Assembly: GCF_006345805.1 (NCBI RefSeq)
Contig: NC_042997.1
Coordinates: 17,298,001 to 17,362,000, forward strand
Reading direction: 5' to 3'
DNA length: 64,000 nt
DNA from: Octopus sinensis
Taxonomy: Eukaryota
The notes beneath the pieces were generated by a model. It saw nothing but the letters and a program-made list of their open reading frames with translations. It had not been told where the DNA came from and made no database searches. Of this stretch, positions 23,503 through 38,770 are shown piece after piece (position 1 is the first letter of the stretch; each line of letters starts with the position of its first letter). Both the position numbers and the translations under genes were made by a program.

Positions 23503-25905
23503 TGGTTTCAGTAATTGGACTGCCTCCTTACTAAGAACACTGCCTTTAAGGATTTGGTCAATCCTTTTGAACCCCACTCAGCCACAAGCATTCTCCATTA
23601 CTTATTCCAGTGTGGTACATATGCGTCAAACTTCTAACTTTCAAAACATCAACAATAAAATATAAACAGAGACATGGTCATAGAAGCACATCTACATACA
23701 CATGAGATATTACTAGTTAAAAACTGTAAATGAAACAAAAAAATGAATTTAATATTCTGATTACTCTTTCATATCTTGATCTGACAATTTCTATTGTTTC
23801 TTTTTTTGTTGTGTGAGAGGGTGGCTGGCATTTATATCTATAATTTATGCATTGCTAATGTCTACGTTTTTGCATTGATATCTATAATTTGTGCATCTAC
23901 TTCAAGAGTTCCTTGAGCTGGCCAAAGTAGTAAAGGCAGCAAAAGCAAAAGTGATGGTAGTAGTAGTGATAATATTGATGAGACTGAAGTTGAAGCATTA
24001 AGTAATATAAACCTTAGTTGCATGACAGGCTCGAATCACATATTAGGGCTTTGCACGCCATCATCCCTGCCTGAGAGTAGGTAGAGTAGCTACTGCCAGA
24101 AATGAATACAGACATTTTTCTCCCTCCCATAGCTGGCTGTCAGAAAACTAAATAAAAGGATGCAATGGAAAAAAAAAGAGCTGAATATTGAATAAGCCTA
24201 AAGAGATAATAAGAAAAGAAAAGTAAAATAGAAATAACAAGCAAAATAATTTTATACATACAAAAGGAATTACCAATTTATATAGCCTTTTTAAATGCAA
24301 AAAATAAAAAAGAAGCCCTTTAATATATGAAGAAATATGTGGTTTTACTATGTTGGAGTTGGGTGTACTAAACAAACATAATTTGGTGCAGCGTATGAAA
24401 TTATTGCTTTAATTCTGGTTTGAGTTAATAGATTTATTATACAGATTTTATACAATGAATTGTACTTAAACATTCCTTAAAATTGTTCAACCTTTGAAAT
24501 TTCCCAAATTCGTATTGAAGTTTGTATTTAAGTTGAGGTTTTATGCTATATGACAAAGCATATTTTCCTGACAGAGCATATGCTCTGTTATAGAATTCAT
24601 ATTGCTCACTAGACTGATCTTGTGATATTGCCTGAAATGGTTCAATTTGTTAGATTTATTAATTAATTTAGTTGATTTATTTTTGTTTATTTCTTGAACT
24701 TCATTTATGTATTGAAAGAGTAGAAAATTAATTTAATCTGAGTTTGCTTAAAAAAAGAACCATTGTGTCTGTCCCCCATTTACAAGTATTTTAACAAACT
24801 ACAACAAAGTATTAAGAACGGAGTAACAGTAATGTGTGATGTATGGAAAAAAAAAATGAAACAAAATAATGTGCACATATCAGAGAGAGAAAGAGAGATA
24901 AAGGTTAGGAATATGCAGACACAAGGTGGGTAGGGGAAAGAGAAAGGGAGAGCATGGCAGGGAAAAGATAGGGTGAAGAATGAGAAAGATACTCAGACAC
25001 ATAGAGGGAAAGATGAAGAGAGAAGTATCAACCACAGAACAAGATTAGCAAACAATAACGAAAACAAGTTAGAGGGAAGTTGTCTTTCGATAATAAACAT
25101 TTACAATTGTGGTGAAGTGGAAGAGTGTGTGGGAGGGGTACAAACAACTGGTAACTCTTGCTAGAATGTGATGAGGAGTTGGAGAGAAGGAAATATTTGT
25201 TTCCAAGCTAATAACAGTGAAATTACTGGTACTATCACAGAAAAGTTGTCCTTTACTTTTTACTCAATCAACCCTGTACATCTCAATAGATTCAAAGAAA
25301 TGATTGCCTGTCTGTCTGTCTGTCAGCACGCCTGCTCTAAATATTTGGCTCCAACTGGATCTTTCTTGGAGCACTCTCATAGCTTGATATAAAATCCTAT
25401 GCCACACATTATCAATCATTTTTGATTAAATATTTAAAACCATTTCCTAAGGATGGTGATTTATCATTCAATTTCTCAAACAGCCATCTTTTTTCTCTCC
25501 TTCATTTCTCATTCAGCTTCTTTGTATACTTTTCTGTTCATTTATCAGTGTGGTTTAGCTACTTCTTTTTTTACATTACTTTCTAGTTTTTCATTTTTTT
25601 TTTTCTCATTTTGCTTGTCATTCTTTCTCCATTTCACATCTCTACATACACATCTTTCAAAGGAGAAAAGAAGTGTAAAGCTTTCTTATGACATACAACT
25701 ATGTTATTTGACTGTAACAATATTTCTAGTGCAGATACATGAAGACTAAACTGGAATTCTTTAAGCCAATCTATAATAACACCTATTTCTAAATTCTTCA
25801 CCTCTTTCTTTTCTTCTTTTCTTTCCCAGCACCTTTATCTGTTTTTCCTTATTGTTTTAGAAATATAAATTATTTTCCTAAGGCTTTCTGGAATTTTATT
25901 ATACC

Positions 25906-25937
<32 letters not shown>

Positions 25938-26523
25938 TATTATTGTTGCTATTATAATTGTAGTTGTTATCATCATTGCTATTTGTTTTTTGATTTCATA
26001 TATTTCATGAGAAATGTTTATATAATAAAATATCTGTTTGAGTTTATTCATTTTATGCCTGTTCTTAATTAAATATAAAATGTGTCAAAAATGGAAAATA
26101 AAATATACCAAATCCCATTCAAACTTCTCCAACCACAGTGAATAGCTAAAAATCCCTCTTGATTAAGGAGTGAACTTTGCCAGTACTGAATTGACAAAGT
26201 TACACATACATATTTACATTGATATATATACACAATTATCTATGCACATTCATAGAATTCTATGAGAGTTATGCATGTAAATGTTTTTAGGCGTTTTTCT
26301 TTGAATTTACCAGTCTATCTGTTTCTTACTGATTACTTTTTCTGTTTCTTTTGGTTTAGATATATTTGATGCATCATGTTTGTATATATGTGCTTGAGTT
26401 AAAATATACACATATATATATAAATACACACACATGCATGCATACACACACATAAATTCATATATTAGCATAATACTTGTGCCTGTATGCAATAATACAC
26501 ACATACATGCATACACTTATACA

Positions 26524-26570
<47 letters not shown>

Positions 26571-29500
26571 TATGTGTGTATGTCTGTGTGAGTGCACTTG
26601 AGTACATATACATGTGTAAATGTATCTTTTTTGTGTGAACTAATAATTTTTATGTATTCACATACTGAATTTATCTTTTCTTTATTTTCTCCTTATGTGT
26701 ATGTGTTTGCATGTAAATCTGTGTGTGTGTATGTCCAAGTGTATGTATGAGAAACTTAGGTCACTAAGATATTGAACTCTTGGCAGAAGAACTGTCAGTT
26801 TATATTCTGCAAGTTGTCTTGCATAGTAACCTTAGGCAAAGCACATAATTCTACTTGGACTTGTGGGTCAAATTTGCACCAGATGTATTATTTACTGCTA
26901 TTACTTCTGCATATCGATAATGACCCACATAGATTTGAATTGTGGAAGTATATTACATTGTCTAAAAGCAGTTGGAACATTATACATGAATTATGTATGT
27001 TTTTCTTCCATTTCATGACCAAATTGTCATGGGATGGAATCTGAGAACATTGTAATGCTTATTACTGTATCTCATAAATTGTATCATCATTTAGAAATAA
27101 ATATATGAAACTTCTAGATAAAGATTTCTTCATTTCAGTACACTAGTGTGAAAAAGTCAATTTCTTTACTTTTTTCTGATCAGAAGTATCCATCTGTGGT
27201 GTGTCAATCTTACTGACTATATGGGAAAATTTATATGAATTGTGGTCTTCAAGGTGCCTTGAATGCTCTTAATAACACAGAGAGAAATCAAAATTCCACA
27301 ATAGATTTAGTTTGATAGAAACTTATTTTTTAAACAGTGATTTATCACAAATGAAGTAAATGAGAATACCCCATTACACATAAGGGGTAGTCAGATCATT
27401 AGAAAAGAGAAAACTTGATGTTATATTTTCGTATTTGTACAACAAATGTGTTGAGAATAATGGAAGTGCCTGTATATATTGGATGTTAACTGTAAAATAT
27501 TTACAAACCACAGCTCTTTGAAACCATGTAAAAAAAAGTAGATGTTCCAAAAACTATATTAACTTCACTGATAGAAAATAGGGTACCTATATATAATTCA
27601 CTGTCCAGAAATAAATGAAGCATATAGCAATTTTGATAAATTAAGAACAAGATCTATTCACCAAATAACCAGTCTCACAAATATAGGAAAGGGAAATTAT
27701 TGGGTTTGTTCATCATTTCAGGGATAAATATAAATACATTATAATAAAAATCCTATGAAAAGTGTTTCCTTCTAATTTTGACTTGTAGACAACATGGTTA
27801 CTTAAACATTATCTAAAAAGACATTCTAGATAAACATTGTAACATGTATGTTAGCTCATTTTATTTAGGGACTAGTGTTATATTTTATTGAGTTGCTTTA
27901 ATATTATAACTATTATTTACTTCAATAACTGAAACAAATAGTAAAATTTAATTCCTTTGATTAAATGCATTATCTGATGAAATTAAACAGATATTTGTTG
28001 CATTAATAAATGTAAAATATTCCACTACTTTAAAAACAATTATTTCATTAATATTAAAATAGGATTGATAAAAGAACACATCTAGATATTTCAGACCGAG
28101 TATGGATGAGGCATAAATAAAAGCAGGGCAAATAAATGCTTGAAAACTGTTTTCTCTTTTCTGTGTCAGCATTTGCTCTTATTGAATCCAACTAGTGGGC
28201 TCAGACCATGCTGGAGCACTACCATATAAAGAAAAATAAATAAAATCCTAGTTAAGATTATACAGTTTAAAACTATTTTATATTTTTCTTCTTAAGTTAA
28301 TAACCAATTATATCTCAATAATAAGAAAGAAAAGGAAACAAAAGAAACACAGAATTAAACAGATAAAAAAAACTCATGCCATTTATCCAGTCTAAATACT
28401 ATGAAATTTCTCCAAACACAACATTCTAGATACTCTTCTAAACTCTGACCCAATAAATTATTTCTTCTGCTGTACAGACAACCTTTATAGAAAATACGAA
28501 AATTAAATTTTCCTCCTGGTCTATAATAAGTTTTGCATAAGTTAATTTCTTCACTGTTTCAAAAAGCTAGGAAATGCTGAGAGCTTTTTCACTAAGATGT
28601 GTCCTACAGAAATCTTTAAAGCAAAATGGAATGGATATAATTAGGGATGAAATCAGGTTAAAGAAAGGCTAATGATTGATGAAATGCAATAAACAAAATC
28701 ATGTTAGCAACTTTAAAAGAGTGCTGAAAGTAGCAGTCAAAAAGTAGAATTACTAGAGAATGAAGTATGTGTGTGTGTGTGTGTGTGCGCACGCGTGTGT
28801 GTGTGAGTTGTGCGTATGAGTGTGCATGTGTGTTTGAACAGAGTGATATAAAGAGAGAGAGAGAGAGAGAGAGTAAGAGACAGACAGACATGCAGACAGA
28901 GTGGTGGTAATGGTGGTATATTATTTATGTGTTGCATGTAGGCATCATTTAAACCATACATACTTGCAAAGAAAGTAGGATTCAAAGTCAAGAATTCATT
29001 GTAAGATGATGATATATTGTTTCTGAGTTCAAATCTTATGCAGGCCAACTTAACATTTTCTTCATCTGCAGTTGATATAATAAATACATGTCTAGAAGCA
29101 CTGGTGTGTTTATATGTGTGAGTGTATGTGTGTGTGTGTATATGTATATACATATTTCTATGTGTGTATGTAAAGAAAGATTTTCTTAAAATAAAGATTA
29201 ACTATATAAAAAATCTTTAAAAAACAGAATGACCAAAACTTTTTGGGAGGAAATTTTTGTATTGTGTGTAAGCCCTTTTGTTGTTGAAATTTTCAAACAC
29301 ACATATACTCTGAACAATTTGAAAAATTTAACAATGAGAATGCTTTAGTCTGAAGAAATGAATGAATTGTTTCGATGTTTATTTATATACTGTTGGAGAA
29401 TGTACCTGAATATCATTCCAAAGAAATGAAATGAAGTGAAATATAAAATGAAGCAAAATATGATAAAATATTTATGCCATTACTTTTTAAGAATTTGTTG

Positions 29501-29724
29501 GACTCTTGAGAATGCTTGTGCCTGTACTGGAGGCACAAGCACTAAATGAATTCTGAAATGTAATCATGTAAATATTTTGTGTGTTTACTTCATTTCCTTA
29601 AAAAATTCGAAGACTTTTTGTTCTGATATATAAATAAACCTTGGAACAGTTCATTCAATTCTTCTGACTAATCTTACTCTTGTTACTTATATGTATATAT
29701 CTATCTTATGCATAAAAACAACAT

Positions 29725-29945
29725 CATCATTGTTTCATGCCTGCTTTTCTATGCTTCCATGGGTTAGGTGAAATTAATTGTGACAGATTTTCTATGGCCA
29801 GTAGCCCCTTCTGTTGCCAACCTCCATCTATTTTTGAGCAAGATAACATTTCCCCTGTAACTGGGTATCTTTTCAGGGAAGATTGGAAATAAATGACGTT
29901 ACCTCTAAGATGGTGATACTCATTTACAACTATCATGTGATGTCA
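29725..29945 (-). mobile_element. Decayed V-like SINE
   Basis: catcatcattg..atgcttccatgggttagg..tttctatggccagtagccccttctgttgccaacc is the reverse of the tail plus V motif. Confidence 0.5.
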
Positions 29946-32700
29946 GAATGAGGAGACAGTTATGCTTACACACACACACTTTGTCATCTCAACTGTGAAA
30001 TGTTATTTATTATACTAATAATCTTAGATATTTCTTTCCTTTAATGTTTTATTTACTTTGATTATAAAACTCTTATACCACATTTAGACTTCTTGCAAAT
30101 TTCCCTGTGTAAACCAGTTATAACATTTGAATATATAGCAACATATTCCAACAAACATATGCTAACATTGTACTTTCAGTTTATAGATTTTATTGAATTT
30201 TATCTTATTCTGAATACTTGCACGCTTGTACGCACACCCACACATTCTTATATATATAAGGGAATAAAATGTAAAAAGAAAGTAGATTTATGAATGTGAG
30301 TATGAAACAAAAGAGATGGAATGATTATTAAGGCACGGTTTCATTTTTGCTCTGTTCTACTATTGTTCAATAATTTATGGGTCTGCTGCTTTACTGTCAA
30401 GTCTTTGTCTCTGAAATGCTATTTATCTTTTATTTTACCTTCTAAAGTTTTTTGAATGGGTGGAGCAAGTATTCTCATTATTGTTTATGGAAATTTACCT
30501 TTTTTTTATTGCCTTAAATAAAACATTATTGAGACATAAATTTGACAGTGTATTCACTTCTGCTCTTTACAGTTCTTTCCTTTTATTTGTCCAAAATATG
30601 TGGGGAAACATTAATTGGTCGTTTTCTGAAGAATATTGGCTAATGCAAAGCAGCTATTAGCACAAATTGGAAAGTTTTTGTTATTGTATAGCAATAAACC
30701 ATCATTCTATGGGTTCTATTCTGCTTTTTTTCTCTGTCTTTTTGTTATCATTTATTACAGAGACACAGTTATGCTAATCAAAATGTTTCACAGCTACTGT
30801 TTACTTTTGTAGTTTGTTGTGTCAACTGTTAGATGATGAATAATTGTGTCATTAACTCACAAACAAATGTAGGATGAAATCATATATTTCATTTAACAGA
30901 ATCATGCAAAGACTTCAATAAATAAATGACTTCTGAATTTTAAGTCTACTTAATTGTTATTTTTAATTGATACTTGTTTGAAGAACAGTTTTGGAAAAGT
31001 TTTACCTTTTTAAGAAAAGTCAAAACACTTTGCAATTGATTGTTCAATAAAAAATGCTGAATGAGCGATTTTTGAAATTTTAAATTTTTTGATTTTTTCT
31101 TCAAGTTTTGAGTAAATTTCTAATAATAAATTTCCAATTTTCTAAAAAAAAGAGCAAAAATAGTATTTACTTCTAAAAGCAAAAGTCTTGATTTTGTTTA
31201 TATGCTAGCCATTTTGTTGGGTTCGAATTTGATACATTGATATTCAATGACAGTAAATTTTGCCTTAATGCAAATATATGTAATATTTTTTGTTAAACCA
31301 GCAAACTATTACTCTTTAGGGACTGACTTCCTTTGCCCTTAGTCCTCATTAAAGAATATATATCATAGTGATTTTAGCATTTTTACCCTGTGTGGGTCAA
31401 TGCTTTTATCCTAATTCAGAGCCCTAACTTTTATTTTCTACTCATTTATGTAAATCTGTAATATAGAAAGCTTTAAGTGTGTGTGAGAGAGAGAGACTAA
31501 AGCAATTTCCAGATTGTACCAAACATTAATATTTGAAATGATGCATTGATTTCAAGCATAAATTGTCACATGTCACTAAAACCTTGACATTTCAAAACAC
31601 ATTATGTTAGTCTGTTTGTCATTATACTGTGTTGTTTTAACCATACACTAATATTTTGTTTGACACACATGGAATTTACTTATTTACTCAATCTTTCTCT
31701 GAGGTCTCACCCTTTCTTTCTTGCTCTCTTTTTTTTTGTTTTCTTTCTCTTTTGTTTCCATTTCATTCATTACTCTCCTTGTTGTCACTTTCCTAGTCTC
31801 CTGTTTCTCCCACTTTCTGATATGCAATAGCATTTTACATTTTACTCCGATACTTTTGATCTGAAACTGCTATTTTGCTTTTAGAAAAATATTTTCCCCC
31901 TTAATATTACAACTATATATTAAACATTCAAACAAAATAGTAGCTTATTATAGATTATTTACTGCAATGTCATAACATGGTTGACAATTGTTGATAAATA
32001 TTGAAATAGTTCAAGAAAGATTGAGTAACGATATAAAACATATTTGCACTTTGTAATTTTCTATAAAATTAACAATATAATTTCACTTAGTAAAAATATG
32101 ATTTCATAAAAAAAATATTTTCAACAACATTCATTGACTGGTTTGAAGCAATGATAAGCTTTGATGTGTGTCAAAACAAGAACACATACTGTTACAGACT
32201 TCTAAAATCCTGCTTACCATAGAGGGTCATTTCAGATAACAACATCATGTAGGCATATTTGACATTATTAGATTATGTTCAACAATTTCAAGATTATTAA
32301 ATTATTTAGAAATAATGTCAGATTATCAAATTGTGCAGAAATATTTTTCTTCAAAAGATTATATAGAAATATTTCACATTATCAGATTACATGATAGTAT
32401 TTCAGAATATCAAATACCTAAGATAATGGCTGGCAAGCACTGTAGAGATAAGCTCTTGGTGAGCTGAATATGTTGGTAGGTTTTTATTCTCTGTAAAAGC
32501 CAATTTACTTTGCTTAATAACCCTGCTGACACAATTGAGAAAAGGCATTAACATCCCATTATCTCATTCTTCTACTTTTCAAAATTGAGGCTTTGTGCTT
32601 ATTTAAGAAATCAGTATTTCAGATTATTATGTTATCAAATATATCTTTCTAACATAATAAAGTCAAAAAGCAAATACATACATGCATACATATATAAAAA

Positions 32701-32736
<36 letters not shown>

Positions 32737-32779
32737 CATTTACATACAGAAATAAACACACACACATGTACATAATAAC

Positions 32780-33060
32780 TGACTCCCCCGTTGAAGATCT
32801 CGTATGAGCATTCATCTTTTTGCTGAACAACTTGCACAAATGATTTGTTTATAGTGATCAAATGCTTGTGCTGTATATTAGCTCACTCTCCATCAAACCG
32901 ACGCTGTCTGAACAGGTGCATGGTGTACCACATGTCAGGTGTTGAAGTGATTGCAGAGCAATGTGAGATTAAATGTTTTGCTCAAGACAACAACGCATCA
33001 CCTGGCCTAGGAACTGAAACCATGATCTTATAATCATTAGTACAAGATCCTAACCCACAC
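32780..33060 (-). mobile_element. Decayed tRNA-derived CORE-like SINE
   Basis: Reverse strand reads ..ggtttcagttcctaggccaggtgatgcgttgttgtcttgagcaaaacatttaatctcacattgctc.., a tRNA head remnant plus CORE-like block. Confidence 0.55.
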
Positions 33061-33117
33061 CCCCAGACGATACATGTACATATATTTATCATTATCATCA
33101 TTTAATGTCCAGTCTCC

Positions 33118-33175
<58 letters not shown>

Positions 33176-34729
33176 ATATATATATATACATGTTTATTAC
33201 TTTTTAAATATACACACACATATATATTTACATATACATGCACACACACATACTATGCTCTGGGATGATTATATATCTAAACCAAACTAAGGAATATGAA
33301 TGTGTATCAGCAGCACACCAGATCATTAATACAATGTCCAAGAAAATCAATGTTCCAATCATCTTATATTGCCAAATGCAAAATGCATATGCACACCAAT
33401 ATAGCCTAAAAAATACAATAAAGAATTTATATCTTTGAAAACACATTAAACTTTCTTAAATGTATTTGAAATATAAATTAAAGCTAATGTTTTCAAAATA
33501 AGAGGAAAGCTTATAGGGTTGGAATTCAAATATACTGCAGATATTCCATTACTGTCAAATTATCGACCTTACATTGGCATGTGCTGCAAAACTTTTCATA
33601 TGCAGCCATTGCAATGCTTTTCTGAATAAGGTTTGTAGTTACACATGTATGTGTGACTATAAAACAAACCTCATTATTAAACAAATTCCACAATTATTTT
33701 ACCTGAGCAGTGAATAGACGAGTCAAGATAAAAAAGTTAGAGTGCCTCTACATAACTTCTCAGCTTGCTAGAAATAAAACCACATTTCTTTCAAACTTTG
33801 TTCAAACTTGAGTAAAGAATGATACAATGATAGCTGGAATACCTTTGATCATAGAATTCTTCAATTAGGAAACCTACGATCCAAAAAATCCAGGTGCTAA
33901 ATAACAACAACAATAAACGGAATTGTCCCAATAACATGCAAATTCAAAGATTTTGAAAAGTTACCCAACCAGTAGATGTTAACATTGGAAAATGGATATA
34001 AATCAATTTGAAAATATAAGAAAAGGCAATAAAAATGAAAAAATAAAAAGTAAATTTTTGTAGTTTTTATAGAATCTATTACTACTTTAAACCAAGTATT
34101 GACTAGCTAGCCACTGATATGGTTTGCAATGATTCTGATATAACTTGCAATATTTCATGTCTGATTCTTGAAATCTATAACAAAAAAAGTTTGTTTTACA
34201 AGAAATCTCTGTTGCCAATTTTTCTTTTACAATTTTTTTCTCAGATAAAAATATTATAAATAATGATAATAATACTAATAATAATGAATAAAAAAATTAG
34301 AAGATAAAAACAAAGAGTAAATATATATATATATGTATATAAGGAAACATACTATAATATAGCAAATCTTTTATAGGAGGTTTATAAAAGAGCGGAAAGA
34401 AATATTGATTATTTCAAGCCAGTTGGAATTTTTTTTCAACTAAAAGAAATAAAATATAAAAAGTAATAAATTAAGAAAAAATAAAACTGAATTTAGATAT
34501 CATTTGTTTGTTTTATTCATATGTTTTTATCTTTTTCACAACTACATCAAATCTGCTTCATTGTCAGGTGGTATTAGATTTGTTTCTTTCTTAATTTTAT
34601 CACATTTCCTTTTTTATATTCACCTGAGAATTATAGTTGTAGCTGTTGCAGCTAGTGTTTCTTTCTGATGCTTTATCATCATCATCATTATCATCATCAT
34701 CATTATTATTTTTACTATTATTATTGTTG

Positions 34730-35143
34730 TTCTGGCAGAATCATTAGCACACTGTCTTTACATTCTGAGTTCGAATTCCACCAAGGTTGACTTTACCTCT
34801 CATCCTATTAGGGTCGATAAAATATGTACAAGCTGGACACTGGTATCAATGTAACTGACTTACACCCTCCCCTGGAATTACTGGCCTTGTACCAAAGTTT
34901 GAAAATTATCATTGTTGCTATTATTATTGTTAAGGCAGTGAGCTAGCAGAATTGTTAGCATGCTGGGTGAAATGCTTAGTGGTATTTCGTCTGTCTTTAT
35001 GTTCTCAGTTCAAATTTTGCTGAGGTCGACTTTGCCTTTCATCCTTTTGGAGTTGATGAAATAAATACCAGTTGCACACTGGGATCAATGTAATTGACTA
35101 GTCCCTTCCCAAAGTTTCAGGCTTTGTGCCTATAGTAGAAAGG

Positions 35144-35176
<33 letters not shown>

Positions 35177-35975
35177 GTTGTTGTTGTTGTTGTTGTTGCT
35201 ATTGCTGTTGCTGTTGTTGTTGTTGTTGTTGTTGCTGTTGCTGTTGTTAAGGTGGCAAGCTGGTAGAATCATTAGCACACTGCACAAACTGTTTAGTGGC
35301 ATTTCATTCCTCTTTATGTTCTGAGTTCCAATTCTGTCATGGTCAACTTTGCCTTTCATTCTTTTAGGGTTGATAAATTAAGTACTAGTAAGCACTGGGG
35401 TTGATTTCATCGAAAAGCCCTCTCCCCCAAAATGTTGGGCCCTGTGCCTTTAGTAGAAAGGATTATTATCATCATTGCTCCACTTGGAAAGTGAGGGTGG
35501 GGAGGGAAATGCTATCTTCCGTTGAACTTGTGAAAAAATGGGTGGCTGTAGCAAAAGTAGTTAGGGGGAATGGCTCAACTCTAAGCATGCACCTGTAAAT
35601 TTGAAGATAACGATAGTTGGGAGAGGGCTCTTGCTTTTAGTAAGTGTGTTTATCCTGTATCAGAAGGATTGCATCACTCATATTATCACATACTTTGTAT
35701 ACTATGCATACTTTTAAAACATTTCATTGACTTTTCCATTTCTTTCCCTCATCTTTTATGTAAACCCCTACACAAATTGTTGACTGTTCTTGTGATTTCC
35801 TTCTTTCATCAACTAATAAGAGAAATTATTATTATTATTTCAAATTCTGCTGAGGTTGACTTTGTCTTTCATCCGTTTTGGAGTCAATAAAATAAGTATC
35901 AATTGAATACTGGGGTTCATGTGATCAGCTCACCCCTAGCTAAAAATTGCTGACCTTGTGCCAAAATTTGAAATC
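34730..35975 (+). mobile_element. Array of four same-orientation SINE copies separated by (TAT/TGT)n tails
   Basis: The motif gcagaat..ttagca..ttctgagttc.aatt..gaggtcgactttgcctttcatcc..gataaa..aagtaccag..ggccttgtgcc recurs at about 34735, 34945, 35260 and 35840. Confidence 0.75.
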
Positions 35976-36522
35976 ATCATCATCATTATTATTGTTATTA
36001 TCATTGCCTTTGCATAGCTTATAACGCTGGAGATGTTCTACAGTGTCAGTTGTTCACTCCCAGTGAACTAAGTAACACCTCTTATTTTTCGAGCACCTTC
36101 CGGAGTATTCTAGCAGTTCCAAGCAGTGCTGTTTTCTGCAAGTGCTCCACCCTTATTACAGCTCCTATTTGTTCCATGTACTCCTTGAGATTTTTGCTCA
36201 CTGTTTCCAGGGCTCCGATAATTATTGGTACTACTGCTACCTTTTTCATTGACCACAACTGCTTAACTTCCCAAGCTAACCTGTCATATCTCTCCACTTT
36301 TTGTTTCTTCCTTATCACATTCCTTGTTATCAGCTGGGCATGCTATATCTATGATCCAGCATAGCTTACTTTCTTTCTCAATTAAGACTATGTCTGGCTT
36401 CCTATTTTCTACTTCATGGTTGCACTGAATCATGAAATCCCATAGGATCCTTGCATTTCTATTTTTGATGATGCCTTCAGGTTTGTGGTCATACCAATTT
36501 TTTACTCTGTCAAGTCCATTGA
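35976..36522 (-). mobile_element. 5'-truncated R4/Dong-like non-LTR retrotransposon (restriction-like endonuclease domain, 3' UTR, TAA/TGA-rich tail)
   Basis: Translates NWYDHKPEG..RILWDFMIQCNHEVENRKPDIVLIEKESKLCWIIDIACPADNK, one frameshift, then KVERYDRLAWEVKQLWSMKKVAVVPIIIGALETV..LQKTALLGTARILRKVLEK*. This is the PD-(D/E)xK REL signature of this clade. Confidence 0.85.
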
Positions 36523-36715
36523 GTAAATGATGGTTTCAAATTTTGACACAAGGCCAACAGTTTTGGGGAGGGGCTAAGTCAATTACCTCAACCCCAGTAC
36601 TCAACTGGTACATATTTTATTGACCCTGATAGGATGACATGCAAGTTGACTTGACAGAATTTGAACTCAGAATGTAAAGACAGACAAAATGTCACTAAGC
36701 ATTAGTTGGCATTAG
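36523..36715 (-). mobile_element. SINE copy of the same family as 34730-35975, reverse orientation
   Basis: tttcaaattttgacacaaggcc..ctggtac..gaatttgaactcagaatgtaaagacagac..ctaagcatt. Confidence 0.7.
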
Positions 36716-36769
36716 GAAGAGTATCCAGTTGTATAAACGGTTTTTTGATGTCCTGTACCCATATATGCA

Positions 36770-37436
36770 TGTATATATACATATATATGAAGGTATGTAC
36801 ATATATGTATGTATATGTATATATTTATATATTATATTATTATATGATCGAATGCCACACATCCTTTTCCAAGTAAGTTTTGTCTGTCTGTCTGTCTATC
36901 TATATATATATATTGCTATCTCCCACCAAGCTGAAAATATTAACACTCATCCAACCCACCTGAGGAACCCAGTAATGAAATGATCATATTTGGATTAAAA
37001 TCATGATCTGAGTCTCATAATATGAATGATATTGTGAAACCTCTGTTGGTCAACACCAAACATGATGCACAAATATGAAATGTAGTACTTTACTAAACCC
37101 CTTCCAAATTCCTCATTGTACTGAAAATTAATTGAAGCATGTGTGCACACTACATATTGGATACATAGTCATGAAAGCTTTAAAAAACCTCAACAAAGAT
37201 ATACTATTATTGCTCTAAAAACATAGCAGTGCATTTGGCAGACATAGACGAAAATTCTATGGATGTTTTATGATATCTAATGTTTAGTGCTTCAAAGTTC
37301 TGAGAACTGTTTTTGCCAAAATTGTCTTTGCTTTACAAAGATAGCTCCAAGCGAGATAAAATAGTACTTATCTACTCTTTCTCTCTCTCTCTCACACAGT
37401 CATACAAAGGTGTATTTATTTATGTATCTATGGATC

Positions 37437-37499
<63 letters not shown>

Positions 37500-38407
37500 C
37501 ATATATATATACATATATATATATACATATATACATACATATATATATACATATACATATATATATACATATACATATATATATATATATATATTATACA
37601 TATACATATATATATATACATATATATATATACATATACATATATATACATATACATATATATACATATACATATATATACATATACATATATATATATA
37701 CATATATATACATATATACATATACATATATATACATATACATATATATACATATATATGAAGGTATGTACATATATGTATGTATATGTATATATTTATA
37801 TATTATATTATTATATGATCGAATGCCACACATCCTTTTCCAAGTAAGTTTTGTCTGTCTGTCTGTCTATCTATATATATATATTGCTATCTCCCACCAA
37901 GCTGAAAATATTAACACTCATCCAACCCACCTGAGGAACCCAGTAATGAAATGATCATATTTGGATTAAAATCATGATCTGAGTCTCATAATATGAATGA
38001 TATTGTGAAACCTCTGTTGGTCAACACCAAACATGATGCACAAATATGAAATGTAGTACTTTACTAAACCCCTTCCAAATTCCTCATTGTACTGAAAATT
38101 AATTGAAGCATGTGTGCACACTACATATTGGATACATAGTCATGAAAGCTTTAAAAAACCTCAACAAAGATATACTATTATTGCTCTAAAAACATAGCAG
38201 TGCATTTGGCAGACATAGACGAAAATTCTATGGATGTTTTATGATATCTAATGTTTAGTGCTTCAAAGTTCTGAGAACTGTTTTTGCCAAAATTGTCTTT
38301 GCTTTACAAAGATAGCTCCAAGCGAGATAAAATAGTACTTATCTACTCTTTCTCTCTCTCTCTCACACAGTCATACAAAGGTGTATTTATTTATGTATCT
38401 ATGGATC

Positions 38408-38410
<3 letters not shown>
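36770..38410. repeat. Tandem duplication, period 971 bp (about 660 bp unique plus complex TA array)
   Basis: 36780-37440 and 37751-38411 appear identical. ORF-track starts repeat at 37313/38284 and 37410/38381. Confidence 0.95.
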
Positions 38411-38478
<68 letters not shown>

Positions 38479-38636
38479 TATACATATATACATATATATA
38501 TATACATATATATACATATATAATATATACATATACATATATATATATATAATATATATATATATATATTACATATACATATATACATATACATATATAT
38601 ATATATACATACATATATATATACATATATACATAC

Positions 38637-38669
<33 letters not shown>

Positions 38670-38715
38670 ATATATATATATATATTACATATACATATAT
38701 ATATACATATACATA

Positions 38716-38770
<55 letters not shown>

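Noticed and set aside
32240-32420. Loose repetition of ttcagattat-like words suggesting an LRR-like coding region
   Set aside because: No sustained frame with splice support; looks like a degenerate AT-rich minisatellite.
36082-36318. 78-aa ORF as a host gene
   Set aside because: It is the frameshifted C-terminus of the R4-like retrotransposon ORF.
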